Below, one piece after another: positions 47,684 through 57,229 of a DNA stretch of 64,000 nucleotides. This DNA comes from a virus. A program made the position numbers and the translations under genes. Numbering within the stretch: the stretch's first letter is position 1; the number at the start of each line of letters is the position of its first letter. The notes beneath the pieces are model-generated. The model was not told the DNA's origin, ran no database searches, and saw nothing but the letters and a program-made list of their open reading frames with translations. The stretch lies in the IMG/VR virus record IMGVR_UViG_3300032893_000011, positions 49,741 through 113,740 of that record; one strand, 5' to 3'.

Positions 47684-48222
47684 CGGTCGTGGGCGGTTCG
47701 GTCGGTGGGCCTGCGCGGCTCGCCAGGCGTGTGCAGGCGAGGCTTCGGGAGTTGGGCTTGTCGGTGTTCGCGGCGTCGAAGCTGGGTCTGGTGTCGCGGT
47801 CGACGCTGATCCGGTTGGGGGTGTCGGAGCCGTCGGGGCGGACATTGGGGCATCTGGACGAGCTGTGCTCGTGGGAGCCCGGTTCGGCGGCGGCTGTGCT
47901 GTTCGGGGGTGAGCCGGCGGCCCGCGAGGAGGATGCGTTGCCGCGCCCGGCGTATGACCCGGACGCCGACGACGACTACGGGTGTTTGATCCGCGCGGTC
48001 GAGGCCCGGCTGCGGGAGCTGGGGATGAGCAAGGTTGCGTTCGCGCGGGAGTCCGGGTTGAGCCGTTCGACGCTGGTGACGCTGGGGCGGCGGGGGTACC
48101 GTCCGACGCCCAGGACGCTGGAGTTGTTGGACACGTACCTGCTGTGGGTGCGGGGGTCGGCGCTGGCGGTGCTGAAGGGCGGGCGCCCGGTTTCGGACGT
48201 CGCCCGCATCGCAGCCCTGTAA
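47647..48222 (+). CDS. Tandem XRE-like HTH regulator
   Basis: Two copies of V.ARLRELG.S.......(V/L)SRSTL..LG....RTL..LD....W..GSA.AVL.GG.P; start uncertain. Confidence 0.7.
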   Translation: MARCTSGGRAAVAVVGGSVGGPARLARRVQARLRELGLSVFAASKLGLVSRSTLIRLGVSEPSGRTLGHLDELCSWEPGSAAAVLFGGEPAAREEDALPRPAYDPDADDDYGCLIRAVEARLRELGMSKVAFARESGLSRSTLVTLGRRGYRPTPRTLELLDTYLLWVRGSALAVLKGGRPVSDVARIAAL

Positions 48223-48231
48223 ATAGCCCCT

Positions 48232-48310
48232 TAGCCTACAATGCCTCCACGGCGTATAATGGGGTAGGCGGGAGAACCACCGCTTAATCACCAGCCCAAG
48301 GAGGGCACCA
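48232..48310 (+). promoter_or_regulatory. Repeated promoter-RBS module, copy 1
   Basis: Contains TATAAT and AGGAGG; near-identical to 48987-49067. Confidence 0.75.
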
Positions 48311-48435
48311 TGAAAAACGCGGTTCTCGGCATGAATTTTCAGGGCAATCTCGGGTACGGCCCGGATCAGGTTGCCTTGACCCGACGCATCGCGGTTGAAA
48401 TACTGCGCGACGCGGACGGGGGCGACGCGCGATGA
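48310..48435 (+). CDS. 41-aa protein (not in the ORF track)
   Basis: MKNAVLGMNFQGNLG...; strong RBS; ATGA overlap with the next gene. Confidence 0.55.
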   Translation: MKNAVLGMNFQGNLGYGPDQVALTRRIAVEILRDADGGDAR

Positions 48436-48809
48436 GCGTCAGGCTGTCCAGAGCGCAGCGCCGGGCAGTGGAGCTCGTGAAAGCCGGTCGCGTCGAGTGG
48501 GGGGCCGAGGATCAGGCGATGGCACGTCGCGGCCACTGCTGGGTGCCCGTGTGGCTTATCGACGGCTACTCCGCCTACGGCAGCGAGCATCGCATTTACC
48601 AGGCGCTGGAGACCCGCGGTGTGATCAGGGTGCGTCACGACTTGGTGCCGTGCCATCGAGTGCCCGAACAGGTGAAGACATACCGGTCGTTGCTGGGCCC
48701 TGAGCAGAGGCGCACCATTCCGGCGCATGACGAACCCGTCGACTCCGGTTGGCGCGCCCGCGTGGAGATTGCCATCGACCTCGACGAGGACGAGGACGAC
48801 GAACGATGA
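48432..48809 (+). CDS. Hypothetical protein
   Basis: Coupled ORF. Confidence 0.6.
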   Translation: MSVRLSRAQRRAVELVKAGRVEWGAEDQAMARRGHCWVPVWLIDGYSAYGSEHRIYQALETRGVIRVRHDLVPCHRVPEQVKTYRSLLGPEQRRTIPAHDEPVDSGWRARVEIAIDLDEDEDDER

Positions 48810-48976
48810 CCGCCGCTCACGACCGCGTTCAGTGTCAACATTGCCCACACTTCCTCCACAAGCAGCGTTTGAGCTTCGAAAAGCGGGGCACCTGGGTAGA
48901 CAACTGGGGGGCAGCTAACGGAGTCGACGGCCACCGCCACAGGCCCTTGCCGCCGGCTCTGCGCCCGCATAGTTGA
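48806..48976 (+). CDS. Small Zn-binding protein
   Basis: ATGA overlap; CQHC...HRH. Confidence 0.5.
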   Translation: MTAAHDRVQCQHCPHFLHKQRLSFEKRGTWVDNWGAANGVDGHRHRPLPPALRPHS

Positions 48977-48986
48977 TAGAAACCAC

Positions 48987-49067
48987 TAGCCCAACAATGC
49001 CTCCATCGCGTATAATGGGGGTAGGCGGGAATCCACCGCTCAACCACCAGCCCAGAGGAGGGCACCA
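48987..49067 (+). promoter_or_regulatory. Repeated promoter-RBS module, copy 2
   Basis: Contains TATAAT and AGGAGG; near-identical to 48232-48310. Confidence 0.75.
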
Positions 49068-49073
49068 AAAATC

Positions 49074-50129
49074 ATGGCCCACGAAATCGACATCACCAAC
49101 GACATCGCCTCCTATGCGGACTCGCGTATGCGCGCGGACGGGCGCACCGACGCCTGGCATCGGCTCGGCCAGACCATCGGCCGCACCATGACCCCTGATG
49201 AGGCGCTGGAGCTGGCCCAAATGAAGGGCTGGGACGTGCGCAAGATCCCGCTTGTCGCGGACATCCGCGATCCGCGCGCGACGGCGGGTCGGCCCGCGTG
49301 GACGCCTGTCCCCGGCAAGCATGTCGTGGTGCGGACCAACCCCATCACCGGCGCTACCGAACCCCTCGGCGTGGTCGGCGACTGGTTCGCCCCGTTCCAG
49401 AACGAGGCGACGGTCGACCTGCTCTACGACATCACCGAGCAGTCCGGCGCGCACATCGAGACGATCGCCGCCCTCGACGGGGGCCGGCGGACGTTCGTGA
49501 CGATGCGCCTGCCCGATCACCTGGAGTTCACCAGCCCGGTCGACGGGTCGAGGGACCGCACCGACCTGTACATCGCGGTGTTCAACCACCACGACGGCGG
49601 CGGCGCCCTGCGGGCCATCGTCAGCCCGGTGCGGGTCGTCTGCGCGAACACGCAGCGTTTGGCCGAGGCCCGGGCGGTGTCCACCGTGAAGCTGCGTCAC
49701 ACCGGCGAGCCGCTGATGCGGCTGTCCGAGGTGCGGCGCCTGCTGGGTTTGACGTTCGCCTACCGCGACGTTTTCGCTGCGGACTGCCAGCGCCTCATCG
49801 ACCGCGAGGTCAGCAACATTGAGGTGATGGACGTCATCGAGCAGGTGTTCACGCCGCAGGACGCGGCCGTCACCGAGTCGGCGCGTGAGCGGCGCGCGAA
49901 AACGTTCGGGGCCGTGATGGACGTGTACGCCGGTTCGCCGACCGTGGCGCCGTTCCGTGGCACGGCGTACGGCGCCTACAACGCGGTGACCGAGTACCTG
50001 GACCACTTCGCCCCGGTTCTACGTAAGGGAGCCGATGCGGAGACGGTTCGGGCTCTGCGCACCATCGGCAGTGTGGACGTGGCGGACCGCAAGGCCCGCG
50101 CGTTCGAGCTACTGCTGCCCACCAACTAG
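49074..50129 (+). CDS. DUF932 (phage/plasmid LGT) family protein
   Basis: MAHEI...AWHRLG...LGVVG....QN...ETIAAL.GG...N.HDG...PVRVVCANT...RHT...GTAYGAYNAVTEY.DH. Confidence 0.85.
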   Translation: MAHEIDITNDIASYADSRMRADGRTDAWHRLGQTIGRTMTPDEALELAQMKGWDVRKIPLVADIRDPRATAGRPAWTPVPGKHVVVRTNPITGATEPLGVVGDWFAPFQNEATVDLLYDITEQSGAHIETIAALDGGRRTFVTMRLPDHLEFTSPVDGSRDRTDLYIAVFNHHDGGGALRAIVSPVRVVCANTQRLAEARAVSTVKLRHTGEPLMRLSEVRRLLGLTFAYRDVFAADCQRLIDREVSNIEVMDVIEQVFTPQDAAVTESARERRAKTFGAVMDVYAGSPTVAPFRGTAYGAYNAVTEYLDHFAPVLRKGADAETVRALRTIGSVDVADRKARAFELLLPTN

Positions 50130-50199
50130 CCGACCCAATGGGGGGGTCCGCCCGCTGCAAGGCGCCGGGCCCCCTGCTAGAGGCAAGGAGCGAAACGAA

Positions 50200-50472
50200 A
50201 TGAGCAAGACACTGATCACCCGCGCCGCCCCGACCCGCTACGTCGCAGACACCCTGCCGTTCGACGAGCTAAGCGACTGGGATGTCAACGGCATCATTGA
50301 CGAAATGGTCGAGCGGTGGCCGGCGCTGGCCCCGGGCCATCATCCCGAGCTTTTGGACGCGCCGATCAGCGCGGTGGACCGCTTCGGCCGGTATCTCGAC
50401 CGCCATGTCGACACCGACGAATACTGGGACATCGTGGCACGCCACCAGCGCGACGTGGTGACAGGAGAATGA
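50200..50472 (+). CDS. Hypothetical protein
   Basis: AAGGAG RBS. Confidence 0.6.
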   Translation: MSKTLITRAAPTRYVADTLPFDELSDWDVNGIIDEMVERWPALAPGHHPELLDAPISAVDRFGRYLDRHVDTDEYWDIVARHQRDVVTGE

Positions 50473-50473
50473 C

Positions 50474-50656
50474 ATGGCCGCCTTCACCAACTACGAGCTT
50501 ATGGCTCTCACCGGCGAACTCGACCTGTACCGCCGCGCGCAACGAGAATGCACCGACAAGCTCACACGCAACGCGTGCGGCTGCGCGAACGCCTGCGACA
50601 TGCTGGCCGATTTAGCGGAGCGGCTGATCGCCCGCCTACTGGAGCCATCGACATGA
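50474..50656 (+). CDS. Hypothetical protein
   Basis: AGGAG RBS; CGC..C motif. Confidence 0.55.
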   Translation: MAAFTNYELMALTGELDLYRRAQRECTDKLTRNACGCANACDMLADLAERLIARLLEPST

Positions 50657-50907
50657 CCGCCACCGTCGTCGAGTTGCCCAACATGTTTCGTGACGATCGC
50701 CTTCGTGCTATCAACCGCCGCCGCCTGGAGTGGTTCGTCTCGGTGGACCCGGTGCACCGCAGCGCGCGCCTGGCCGAGACCGGCGTCGTGTTCTACGACG
50801 AGCATGGCGTGTTTCACTACGCGATTCCCGGGGAGCTGCCCAGCGATGCGGTGCTGCAGGCGTTCTTCAACCAAACACCTGTCCGGTACTGGACGAGGGG
50901 GGTCTGA
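50653..50907 (+). CDS. Hypothetical protein
   Basis: ATGA overlap. Confidence 0.55.
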   Translation: MTATVVELPNMFRDDRLRAINRRRLEWFVSVDPVHRSARLAETGVVFYDEHGVFHYAIPGELPSDAVLQAFFNQTPVRYWTRGV

Positions 50908-50908
50908 C

Positions 50909-51238
50909 ATGGGCAAGTTCAATCCCGGCGACACCGTCATCCTCTCGGGTGTCAACATGCGGGACAGCGAGACGGTCACCGTCACCCGCGTCGGCCACAA
51001 GAACGTGTACGTCGAACGGTACGGCCGCGAGATGGCCTTCGATCTGGAGGACGGCACCGAGAAGGGCTACTACGACCACCATTGCATCTACACCGTGGGG
51101 GAGTGGGCCGAGACCCGCCGCCGCGACGCCGTTATCGACGCGCTGCGCGACCGCGGCGTCTCGCTTGACCGGTCGCGCCGCAACATCGCCACGACCCGGC
51201 TGGAGAGGTTGCTAGCCGTTCTGGACGAGGAGGAGTGA
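50909..51238 (+). CDS. Small beta-barrel hypothetical protein
   Basis: FNPGDTV...VTVTRVGHKNVYV. Confidence 0.6.
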   Translation: MGKFNPGDTVILSGVNMRDSETVTVTRVGHKNVYVERYGREMAFDLEDGTEKGYYDHHCIYTVGEWAETRRRDAVIDALRDRGVSLDRSRRNIATTRLERLLAVLDEEE

Positions 51239-51483
51239 TGACCAAACCAAGGACCACCTATGCGACGCTGGCAGATGCTCAGAGCGACGGCTGGCGCTGC
51301 TGCTCTGAGCCGGGCTACGGCGACCGCGACGTGTCCGGTGTCGGCCTCTTCGGATACGACTTCGAGGCGCTCGACGGCCGCAAGTCGGTCACCATCTGGC
51401 TGACGCTTGAACCGAACAGGCTCGGGAAGCCGGGCGCGTTCCGTCCGATGATCCGCCGCAACCGGTCCGACCGGCCCTCGTAA
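51235..51483 (+). CDS. Hypothetical protein
   Basis: GGAGGAG RBS; overlap with the upstream gene. Confidence 0.55.
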   Translation: MMTKPRTTYATLADAQSDGWRCCSEPGYGDRDVSGVGLFGYDFEALDGRKSVTIWLTLEPNRLGKPGAFRPMIRRNRSDRPS

Positions 51484-51507
51484 GCCCCGCGAGATGAAGG
51501 GACAACT

Positions 51508-51867
51508 ATGAAATCGAGATTGAGAGTGATCACATTGTTCGACCGGCCGCCGGTGCGAATCGACGAGGACCGGTGGCCGGTGATCGCGCAGGCCTACGAC
51601 TGCGACGATCACGACACGCCAGCCGAATCGACCCGGGAGTGGACGTTGAAGATCCGCCGCCGCGGCGGCCAGTATCTCGTGTACGGGGTGGCACGCTCGG
51701 TGCGGCCCGGCGAGCCGGCCCTTCGGCGCGGCGGCTACCTGGTGGACAGCCTTGAGGACGTCGGCCTACTGGTTGTCAGCCTGGTGGAGCGGCTGGGTTT
51801 GTCTGGGTGGTTTCCTGCTCATCTGGGCGATGCGTTGCTCGCCGATCTTCCCTCCGAGGTGCTGTGA
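51508..51867 (+). CDS. Hypothetical protein
   Basis: ITLFDRPPVRIDEDRWPVIA.A. Confidence 0.6.
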   Translation: MKSRLRVITLFDRPPVRIDEDRWPVIAQAYDCDDHDTPAESTREWTLKIRRRGGQYLVYGVARSVRPGEPALRRGGYLVDSLEDVGLLVVSLVERLGLSGWFPAHLGDALLADLPSEVL

Positions 51868-52057
51868 TGAGCGTCTGGCGAAGCGCGGGCGTGGAATGCA
51901 ACCACGATGGTTGCCCCCGAGGGGTGAAAACAGTCAGCTACGTCGGCGGCAAGCCAGTTCGCGCGTCGTACCGTCGCTATCCCTGAGTGGCGCACTGACC
52001 GCTAACGGCTTCTTCGTGCTACATTGACGCAAACCCGCGACAGGGAGGCTTGCTGCA

Positions 52058-52375
52058 ATGACCAACCCGATTAGCCGCGACATCGAGGCCGCTGCGGCCG
52101 CTTCCGCCGATTGGCGGGCGTACGCGGCTGCGCTTGAGGCGCACGGGGCCACGCCGCACGTGCCCCTCTCCGAGGTGGCGGTGATGGTCGGCGACGTGTA
52201 CGCGCCCTACGCCGCGGCTAAGGCGGCCGAGTACGCGGCCCGCGCCGACGCCTACCGCCGGGCCGCCGACCATGCGCGGGCCCACGCCGCGAAGGGCGAC
52301 CACGACAGCGCCGTGCTTTCGCAGGCCGATGCGGACTCCGCGCGGCGGATCACGTCGGCGGTGTCGCTGGTGTGA
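52058..52375 (+). CDS. EspC/WXG100-like type VII secretion substrate
   Basis: About 100-aa helical hairpin, G.VYAP turn, C-terminal LSQADADSARRI; first gene of the ESX cassette, with TTGACG upstream. Confidence 0.55.
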   Translation: MTNPISRDIEAAAAASADWRAYAAALEAHGATPHVPLSEVAVMVGDVYAPYAAAKAAEYAARADAYRRAADHARAHAAKGDHDSAVLSQADADSARRITSAVSLV

Positions 52376-53847
52376 CCGCGATCGCTGTCGAGTCGGAGGG
52401 CCTGACCGCCGCCGGGTGCGGGTTGGCCGGTCTCGCCGCGCCGACCGTCCCGGCGGTGTGCGCCCCACCGGCTGCGGACCCGACATCCATCGGCTTGGCC
52501 GCGGTCCTCAACTCGCACACCGCCGCCGCCACGGCCCTGCTGGCCGACGCCACCGTGGCGCGGGTCGCCGGTGGCGTGGCTGTGGCGGGGACGGCCGACA
52601 CGCTGGCCGCCGCGGATGCTGGCGGCGCCGCAGTGATCAGCGGTAGCGTATCGGCTGCCGGGGCCCCACCCGTTCTCACGGCCGCTCCGACCCCACCCGC
52701 AGTCGCCCCGCCCGTGATCGAAACAGTGGGGCCCCCGGCTCTGATGCCCGGCGAGGCGATCTCCGCGCTGGTGCATGCCGGTCCAGGCTCCTCGGGTCTG
52801 CGCGAGCTGGCCACCCAGCTGCGAGCGCAGGCCGGTGGTGTCGACAGCGCCGCCACAGACACAGGCTCGCAGGCTGGGCTCGTCGACGCGACCTGGCGCG
52901 ACGGGCGCCAGCAGGCCGGTGCCAACATCGCCCGCCACGCCGACTGGCTGCGGGTCATGAGCGCACATCTGGGCGGGTTGGCGGCCGGTGTGGACGCCGC
53001 GGCGGGCCACGTTGATCAGGCGGTGCGCGACACTCCCACCCCGGCCGAGTTCGCCGATTTGCGCGCCCGGGCGGCCGGGGTGAGCGACCCCGCGACCGCG
53101 GCGGCGCTGGCTGCCCGGTGGGCGCAGCTGCAGGAGCAGGCGATCAGGGCGCAGCAGGATTATCACGGCGCGGTGAGCGACACCGTTGACGGGCTGCCGC
53201 ACCCACCAGGGCCTGCGCCGCGTGTCACCCATCCCGGCGACCCCGCACCTGACGGCAAGCCAGCCCCGTCTGGTGATGCGATGCAGGCGTTGAGCGCCGT
53301 GGAGCAGGTCGGCACCCAGGTTGCGGGTGCGGCGACCGGCGCCGCTACGAGTTTGTTGGGGCAGGCCGGTCAGGGCCTCGCCGCGTTGGCGCAGATGCCG
53401 ATGCAGGCGCTGTCGTCGCTGACATCAGGTGCGGCTGGCGGGCCGCATGTGACCGGGTTGGACGTACCCGACATCGGCGGCGGCCCCGGTGGCGTCGGCG
53501 ACTTCGGCAACCCCGGCGGGGGTGGCGACCCGGGCGGCAGCGCAACGACACCGGCCACCGACACGGGGCCCGACGCCGCGCCCGCCGCCACCCCGCTGTC
53601 CGCCGCCTCCCCCGCCACCGCGACCGTCGCAGGTACCTTAGCCTCGCCGCCGGACACGCCCGCCACCGCAGGCGGGGGTGCGGGCATGGGCGGCATGGGC
53701 ATGTTCCCGCCGATGGCGGGCATGCAGGGCGGGCAGGGGGGCGCGAAGCCGCAGCCGGGACGCAAGGTCGTGATCCGGCCCGAACCAAACAGCGAAGCCG
53801 TGTTCGGCGAACTGGACCGGCCACGACGACGAAGGGAGCAGCAATGA
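52372..53847 (+). CDS. PE-like + PPE-like fusion protein
   Basis: AVESEGL..AG..L...CAPPAADPTS (PE-like); PGEAISALVHAGPGSSGL and WRDG (PPE-like); GMGGMGMFPPM tail. Confidence 0.75.
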   Translation: MTAIAVESEGLTAAGCGLAGLAAPTVPAVCAPPAADPTSIGLAAVLNSHTAAATALLADATVARVAGGVAVAGTADTLAAADAGGAAVISGSVSAAGAPPVLTAAPTPPAVAPPVIETVGPPALMPGEAISALVHAGPGSSGLRELATQLRAQAGGVDSAATDTGSQAGLVDATWRDGRQQAGANIARHADWLRVMSAHLGGLAAGVDAAAGHVDQAVRDTPTPAEFADLRARAAGVSDPATAAALAARWAQLQEQAIRAQQDYHGAVSDTVDGLPHPPGPAPRVTHPGDPAPDGKPAPSGDAMQALSAVEQVGTQVAGAATGAATSLLGQAGQGLAALAQMPMQALSSLTSGAAGGPHVTGLDVPDIGGGPGGVGDFGNPGGGGDPGGSATTPATDTGPDAAPAATPLSAASPATATVAGTLASPPDTPATAGGGAGMGGMGMFPPMAGMQGGQGGAKPQPGRKVVIRPEPNSEAVFGELDRPRRRREQQ

Positions 53848-54209
53848 GCAGAGCACAGCGGGCGTCCGACGCGATCGGCGCCATCCTGGCCGCGGTGTAC
53901 GAGTGGGAGGACGACGTCGACAGCTTCTTCGTCACCGGCGGCGAGGACGACGACGTGTGTGTCGCCCACGACGCGACGGGTGCGCTGATCGAATGCGTGC
54001 CGCGGCGCGGTTTGCAGCAGGAGCTGACTTTGCGCGAGCTTGAGGACGCGGTCAACGCCGCGCTTAGGGCGAACGCGGCCCGCGTCCAGGAGGGCCTGGC
54101 GCAGATCATGTCCAGGTTCGGTGAACGCTGCCAGGTCGCCACCGCAGGGCTGGGCGGCCATCCGGTCGGCGCGGACATGGTCGCGGCGCTGAGCGGGTCG
54201 CGGCGGTGA
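53844..54209 (+). CDS. YbaB/EspL-like ESX-associated protein
   Basis: V.VAHDATGALIEC....GL...LT.RELEDAVN.AL. Confidence 0.5.
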   Translation: MSRAQRASDAIGAILAAVYEWEDDVDSFFVTGGEDDDVCVAHDATGALIECVPRRGLQQELTLRELEDAVNAALRANAARVQEGLAQIMSRFGERCQVATAGLGGHPVGADMVAALSGSRR

Positions 54210-54484
54210 GCGAGGTCGCGGTCACACCGGAGGCATTGGCGGCCGCCGCCGGGGAGTTCATCGCGTCCCAGCCTCCACCCGCCGCGCCTCCGCTGCCTCC
54301 ATCCGCCGATGCCGCATGCGCGGTCGTAACGGCCGCGACCGCCTCCTGGCCTGCCATTGCCGCCGCCATGTGGGCGCAGCGCCAAGCATCCGCCACCGGC
54401 ATCGCGTCCGCGGCTGGCTACACCAGTATGGATCTGGCGGCCGCCGACATGGACAACGCCACCATGCTAGGGGCAACATTATGA
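54206..54484 (+). CDS. PE-like small protein
   Basis: VAVTPEALAAAA...PPSAD...; YTSMD (YxxxD) near the C-terminus. Confidence 0.6.
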   Translation: MSEVAVTPEALAAAAGEFIASQPPPAAPPLPPSADAACAVVTAATASWPAIAAAMWAQRQASATGIASAAGYTSMDLAAADMDNATMLGATL

Positions 54485-54999
54485 CCATGACGCTTGAAAC
54501 CCCGACCGTCCCGCAGGCGCCGCCGGTGCCGCGTGCGCGGTGGTGGGTTCGCAACCCGCCACCCGGCTGGGCGTTGATCGTGTTCGCGCTGTCCGCCATG
54601 ATCATCGCCGTGGCCGCTGCGATCGGCTGGCACGACGCGATCGACGGGCCGGCCGAGCAGAAGGTCGTGGGCCCGTCGGCCGCGCAGGTCCGCGCCGAGA
54701 CGGTCGCGGTGTGCTCCGCCTGGGCGACGGCCTACGGCGCCCTGCCCGTCCCGCAGTCGACGGCGATGGACGTCCTCGCCCCCGCCCTCTACGTGCAGGC
54801 GGCCGTGGCAGCCAACCCCGCCGCCGACCCGCAGGTCCTGACGGCCGTCGCCGACCAGGCCCGGCTGATGACCGCGCAGGCCGCAGTCCTGTCCGGGGCG
54901 CGGTCCCGCGGTGCGGTCCAGGTCCCCACCTGGGACTACCGGGAGGCCAACACCTCGGCGGCGCACACCGCCCAGGTCTGCCACGACTACGGTGACTGA
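54481..54999 (+). CDS. Ala/Pro-rich single-pass membrane protein
   Basis: TM helix followed by VCSAW...VC, a pattern seen in ESX-linked mycobacterial membrane proteins. Confidence 0.6.
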   Translation: MTMTLETPTVPQAPPVPRARWWVRNPPPGWALIVFALSAMIIAVAAAIGWHDAIDGPAEQKVVGPSAAQVRAETVAVCSAWATAYGALPVPQSTAMDVLAPALYVQAAVAANPAADPQVLTAVADQARLMTAQAAVLSGARSRGAVQVPTWDYREANTSAAHTAQVCHDYGD

Positions 55000-57199
55000 C
55001 TACTATTCGGTCATCGCCTCCGGCGGCCCCGACCCCACCGAGGCGATCCGCTACACCGCCGAGCTCGCCGAGCACCACAGCGGGCAAGCCTCTCAACTGG
55101 ACCAGGCGCATTCGCAGACGCTCAACGGCTTCCGGCCGCGCTTCAACGTCGCCAACCACCCTTCCGGGCAGGCAGGGGCAGCGCTCGACAGCGCTATCCA
55201 AGGACACGCCCAGCTGCACGCCGAGCACGCCCAAGCCCACCGCCAGGCCGCCGACGCAGCAGATCAGGCCCGCTACACCCTCCTGGACTACTCCGCCGCT
55301 CGCCACGCCATCGCCACCGACGGCGCCGACGCCTGCGACACCGCCGAACAACAGGGCGGCAAGTACGGCCCCATCGAGGCCGCCGACCTCGCCCAGCAGT
55401 ACCAGGCCCAGGTCACTCAGGCGTGGAGCGGCACCGCCCCCGCAACCACGGCTGCCCTGGACTCCAAGTTCACCCCGCCGCCGGGCACTGCGAAGAAACC
55501 GCACAAGCAGGGTGACGACCCCGACGACCCCGACAGCGGCAAACCCGACGCCGGTGACCCCACTGACGACCGAAAGTTCACCCCAACCCCAGTATCAGCC
55601 GCCCCACAACCCGCAAGCGCAGGCGCAGGCGCAGGAGGGTCACCCGCCAGCGGTGGCTTCACCCCGCCAATGCCCGGCTCAACCCCCAAAATGCCCTCAC
55701 TGTCCTCTGCTGCCAAAACATCGCCAGCATCGGCCCCAAGCCCCAAGATCAGCCCACCCCTGACGGGGTTAAGCCCAGCCAGCCCAACCCCGTCGCCGTC
55801 GGGCCTGTCCACCGCGGCGCCGCGTACAGCCGCAGCGCCACCGGCCCAAAGCGCCGGTGTGGGCAACCTGGGCGCGGCGTTCAACTCGGGTCTGGCCTCG
55901 ACGGGGATGCGTGCGACCCCCGCTCCGATCGCCCAATCAGCCCGGCCGTTGGCGCCGTTCTCAGCCCCGCAGCCCGCGACGGCCGCCCCATTAACGGTAG
56001 CGGGGCAGTCAACGCCGGCGGTGCCTGCGGGGGATGTGCACGGCCCCGCCCCTGCTCTCGCCTCGGCCCCGTCCGGTGGCGGTGGTGTGCCGATGATGGG
56101 CGCCCCGATGGGCTCGGGCCCGCTGGCGCCGTACTCCACCCCCGGTGCGGGCAGCGCAATCTCCGCTCCACCGGCCACGTCGCCTGTGTCCACTGCCGCA
56201 ACCGCGGCTTCGGGCTCCGGCTCCGCTGGTGTAGCGCTGGCGCCTCCCGCAGCGGCGTCGACACAAGCGGCCGTGACCACCCGGGACCCGCACCTGTCGA
56301 CGGCCTTGACTGTCCTGGCGGGCCTGGTGCGGGGCACCGACCTGTGCGGCCTGCGTGTGGCCGTCGGCTGGGCCGTGGGCGTGTTTGAGGTGGCCTGCGT
56401 GCAGCACGTCGTCATCGCGTCTTCGGTGGGCGGGGGCGATTGGATACCGGCCACAGTTTTCCCCCCGGCCGGTGTCAAACTCGCGACCCGCGACCCGCTG
56501 CTGATTGCAGGCTGGGCGGGGGAGCGGTTCATGGGCTGGCAGCGGCCGACGGCCATCCTGGAGGCCCACTTCGAGGCGCTTCGGACGGCGCCGGTGTTCG
56601 ACCCGCGGGTGTTGGCGATCGCCACGACGGAGATGTGGCCGCGCCGCCCGGCCTGCGGCGGCGCGTACGAATCGTTAACAGATCGGGAGGTGCTGAGCCG
56701 CCCCGGCATGGCGCCGGTACTGGACGCGGCGCACACCCATCGGCTGGTAGTGCTGGACCCGGTGTTCGCGGCGCACTTGGGCGGGCTGTGCAACTCGGTG
56801 CCGCCGGAGGGTAGGGCCGCCCGGTACCGGGAGTTGGCGGCCGCGGTAACCGACGCCGTGGTGTCGGCAGCCGGGGAGCCGGACGGCACCGGCGAGATGG
56901 TCGCGGCGCCGGCCGACGCGGACATGTGGGCTAAGGCGAAAGCCTCGGCGGCCACCGAGGAGGATTGGCGGGCGTGGCGCGAGGACGTTGACGGCCGAGA
57001 CTTCCCGGAGATGTACGCACCAAGGGACTTGGACGATTCTTCGGCGTCGGCGGCCGCGCGGCTGTTCTACCGGCACCACTACAGCCGGGCCCGCGTCGCC
57101 GAGCTGGTCGGCTGCTGGCGCAGCTCAGGCGGCTTGTTCGACGTCGCCTATTGCGGGATCACCGCCGGCTACGGGCCGCAGCTCGCCGCCGCTGTGTAA
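54992..57199 (+). CDS. EspK-like ESX-associated protein
   Basis: Helical N-terminus with PSGQAG, long Pro/Ser/Ala linker, globular C-terminus with WAVGV...IASS.GGG.WIP..V..P...HRL..LDP. Confidence 0.65.
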   Translation: MTDYYSVIASGGPDPTEAIRYTAELAEHHSGQASQLDQAHSQTLNGFRPRFNVANHPSGQAGAALDSAIQGHAQLHAEHAQAHRQAADAADQARYTLLDYSAARHAIATDGADACDTAEQQGGKYGPIEAADLAQQYQAQVTQAWSGTAPATTAALDSKFTPPPGTAKKPHKQGDDPDDPDSGKPDAGDPTDDRKFTPTPVSAAPQPASAGAGAGGSPASGGFTPPMPGSTPKMPSLSSAAKTSPASAPSPKISPPLTGLSPASPTPSPSGLSTAAPRTAAAPPAQSAGVGNLGAAFNSGLASTGMRATPAPIAQSARPLAPFSAPQPATAAPLTVAGQSTPAVPAGDVHGPAPALASAPSGGGGVPMMGAPMGSGPLAPYSTPGAGSAISAPPATSPVSTAATAASGSGSAGVALAPPAAASTQAAVTTRDPHLSTALTVLAGLVRGTDLCGLRVAVGWAVGVFEVACVQHVVIASSVGGGDWIPATVFPPAGVKLATRDPLLIAGWAGERFMGWQRPTAILEAHFEALRTAPVFDPRVLAIATTEMWPRRPACGGAYESLTDREVLSRPGMAPVLDAAHTHRLVVLDPVFAAHLGGLCNSVPPEGRAARYRELAAAVTDAVVSAAGEPDGTGEMVAAPADADMWAKAKASAATEEDWRAWREDVDGRDFPEMYAPRDLDDSSASAAARLFYRHHYSRARVAELVGCWRSSGGLFDVAYCGITAGYGPQLAAAV

Positions 57200-57229
57200 G
57201 TGAAGGTGTGAGGTGATGGGGGTGAGCCA

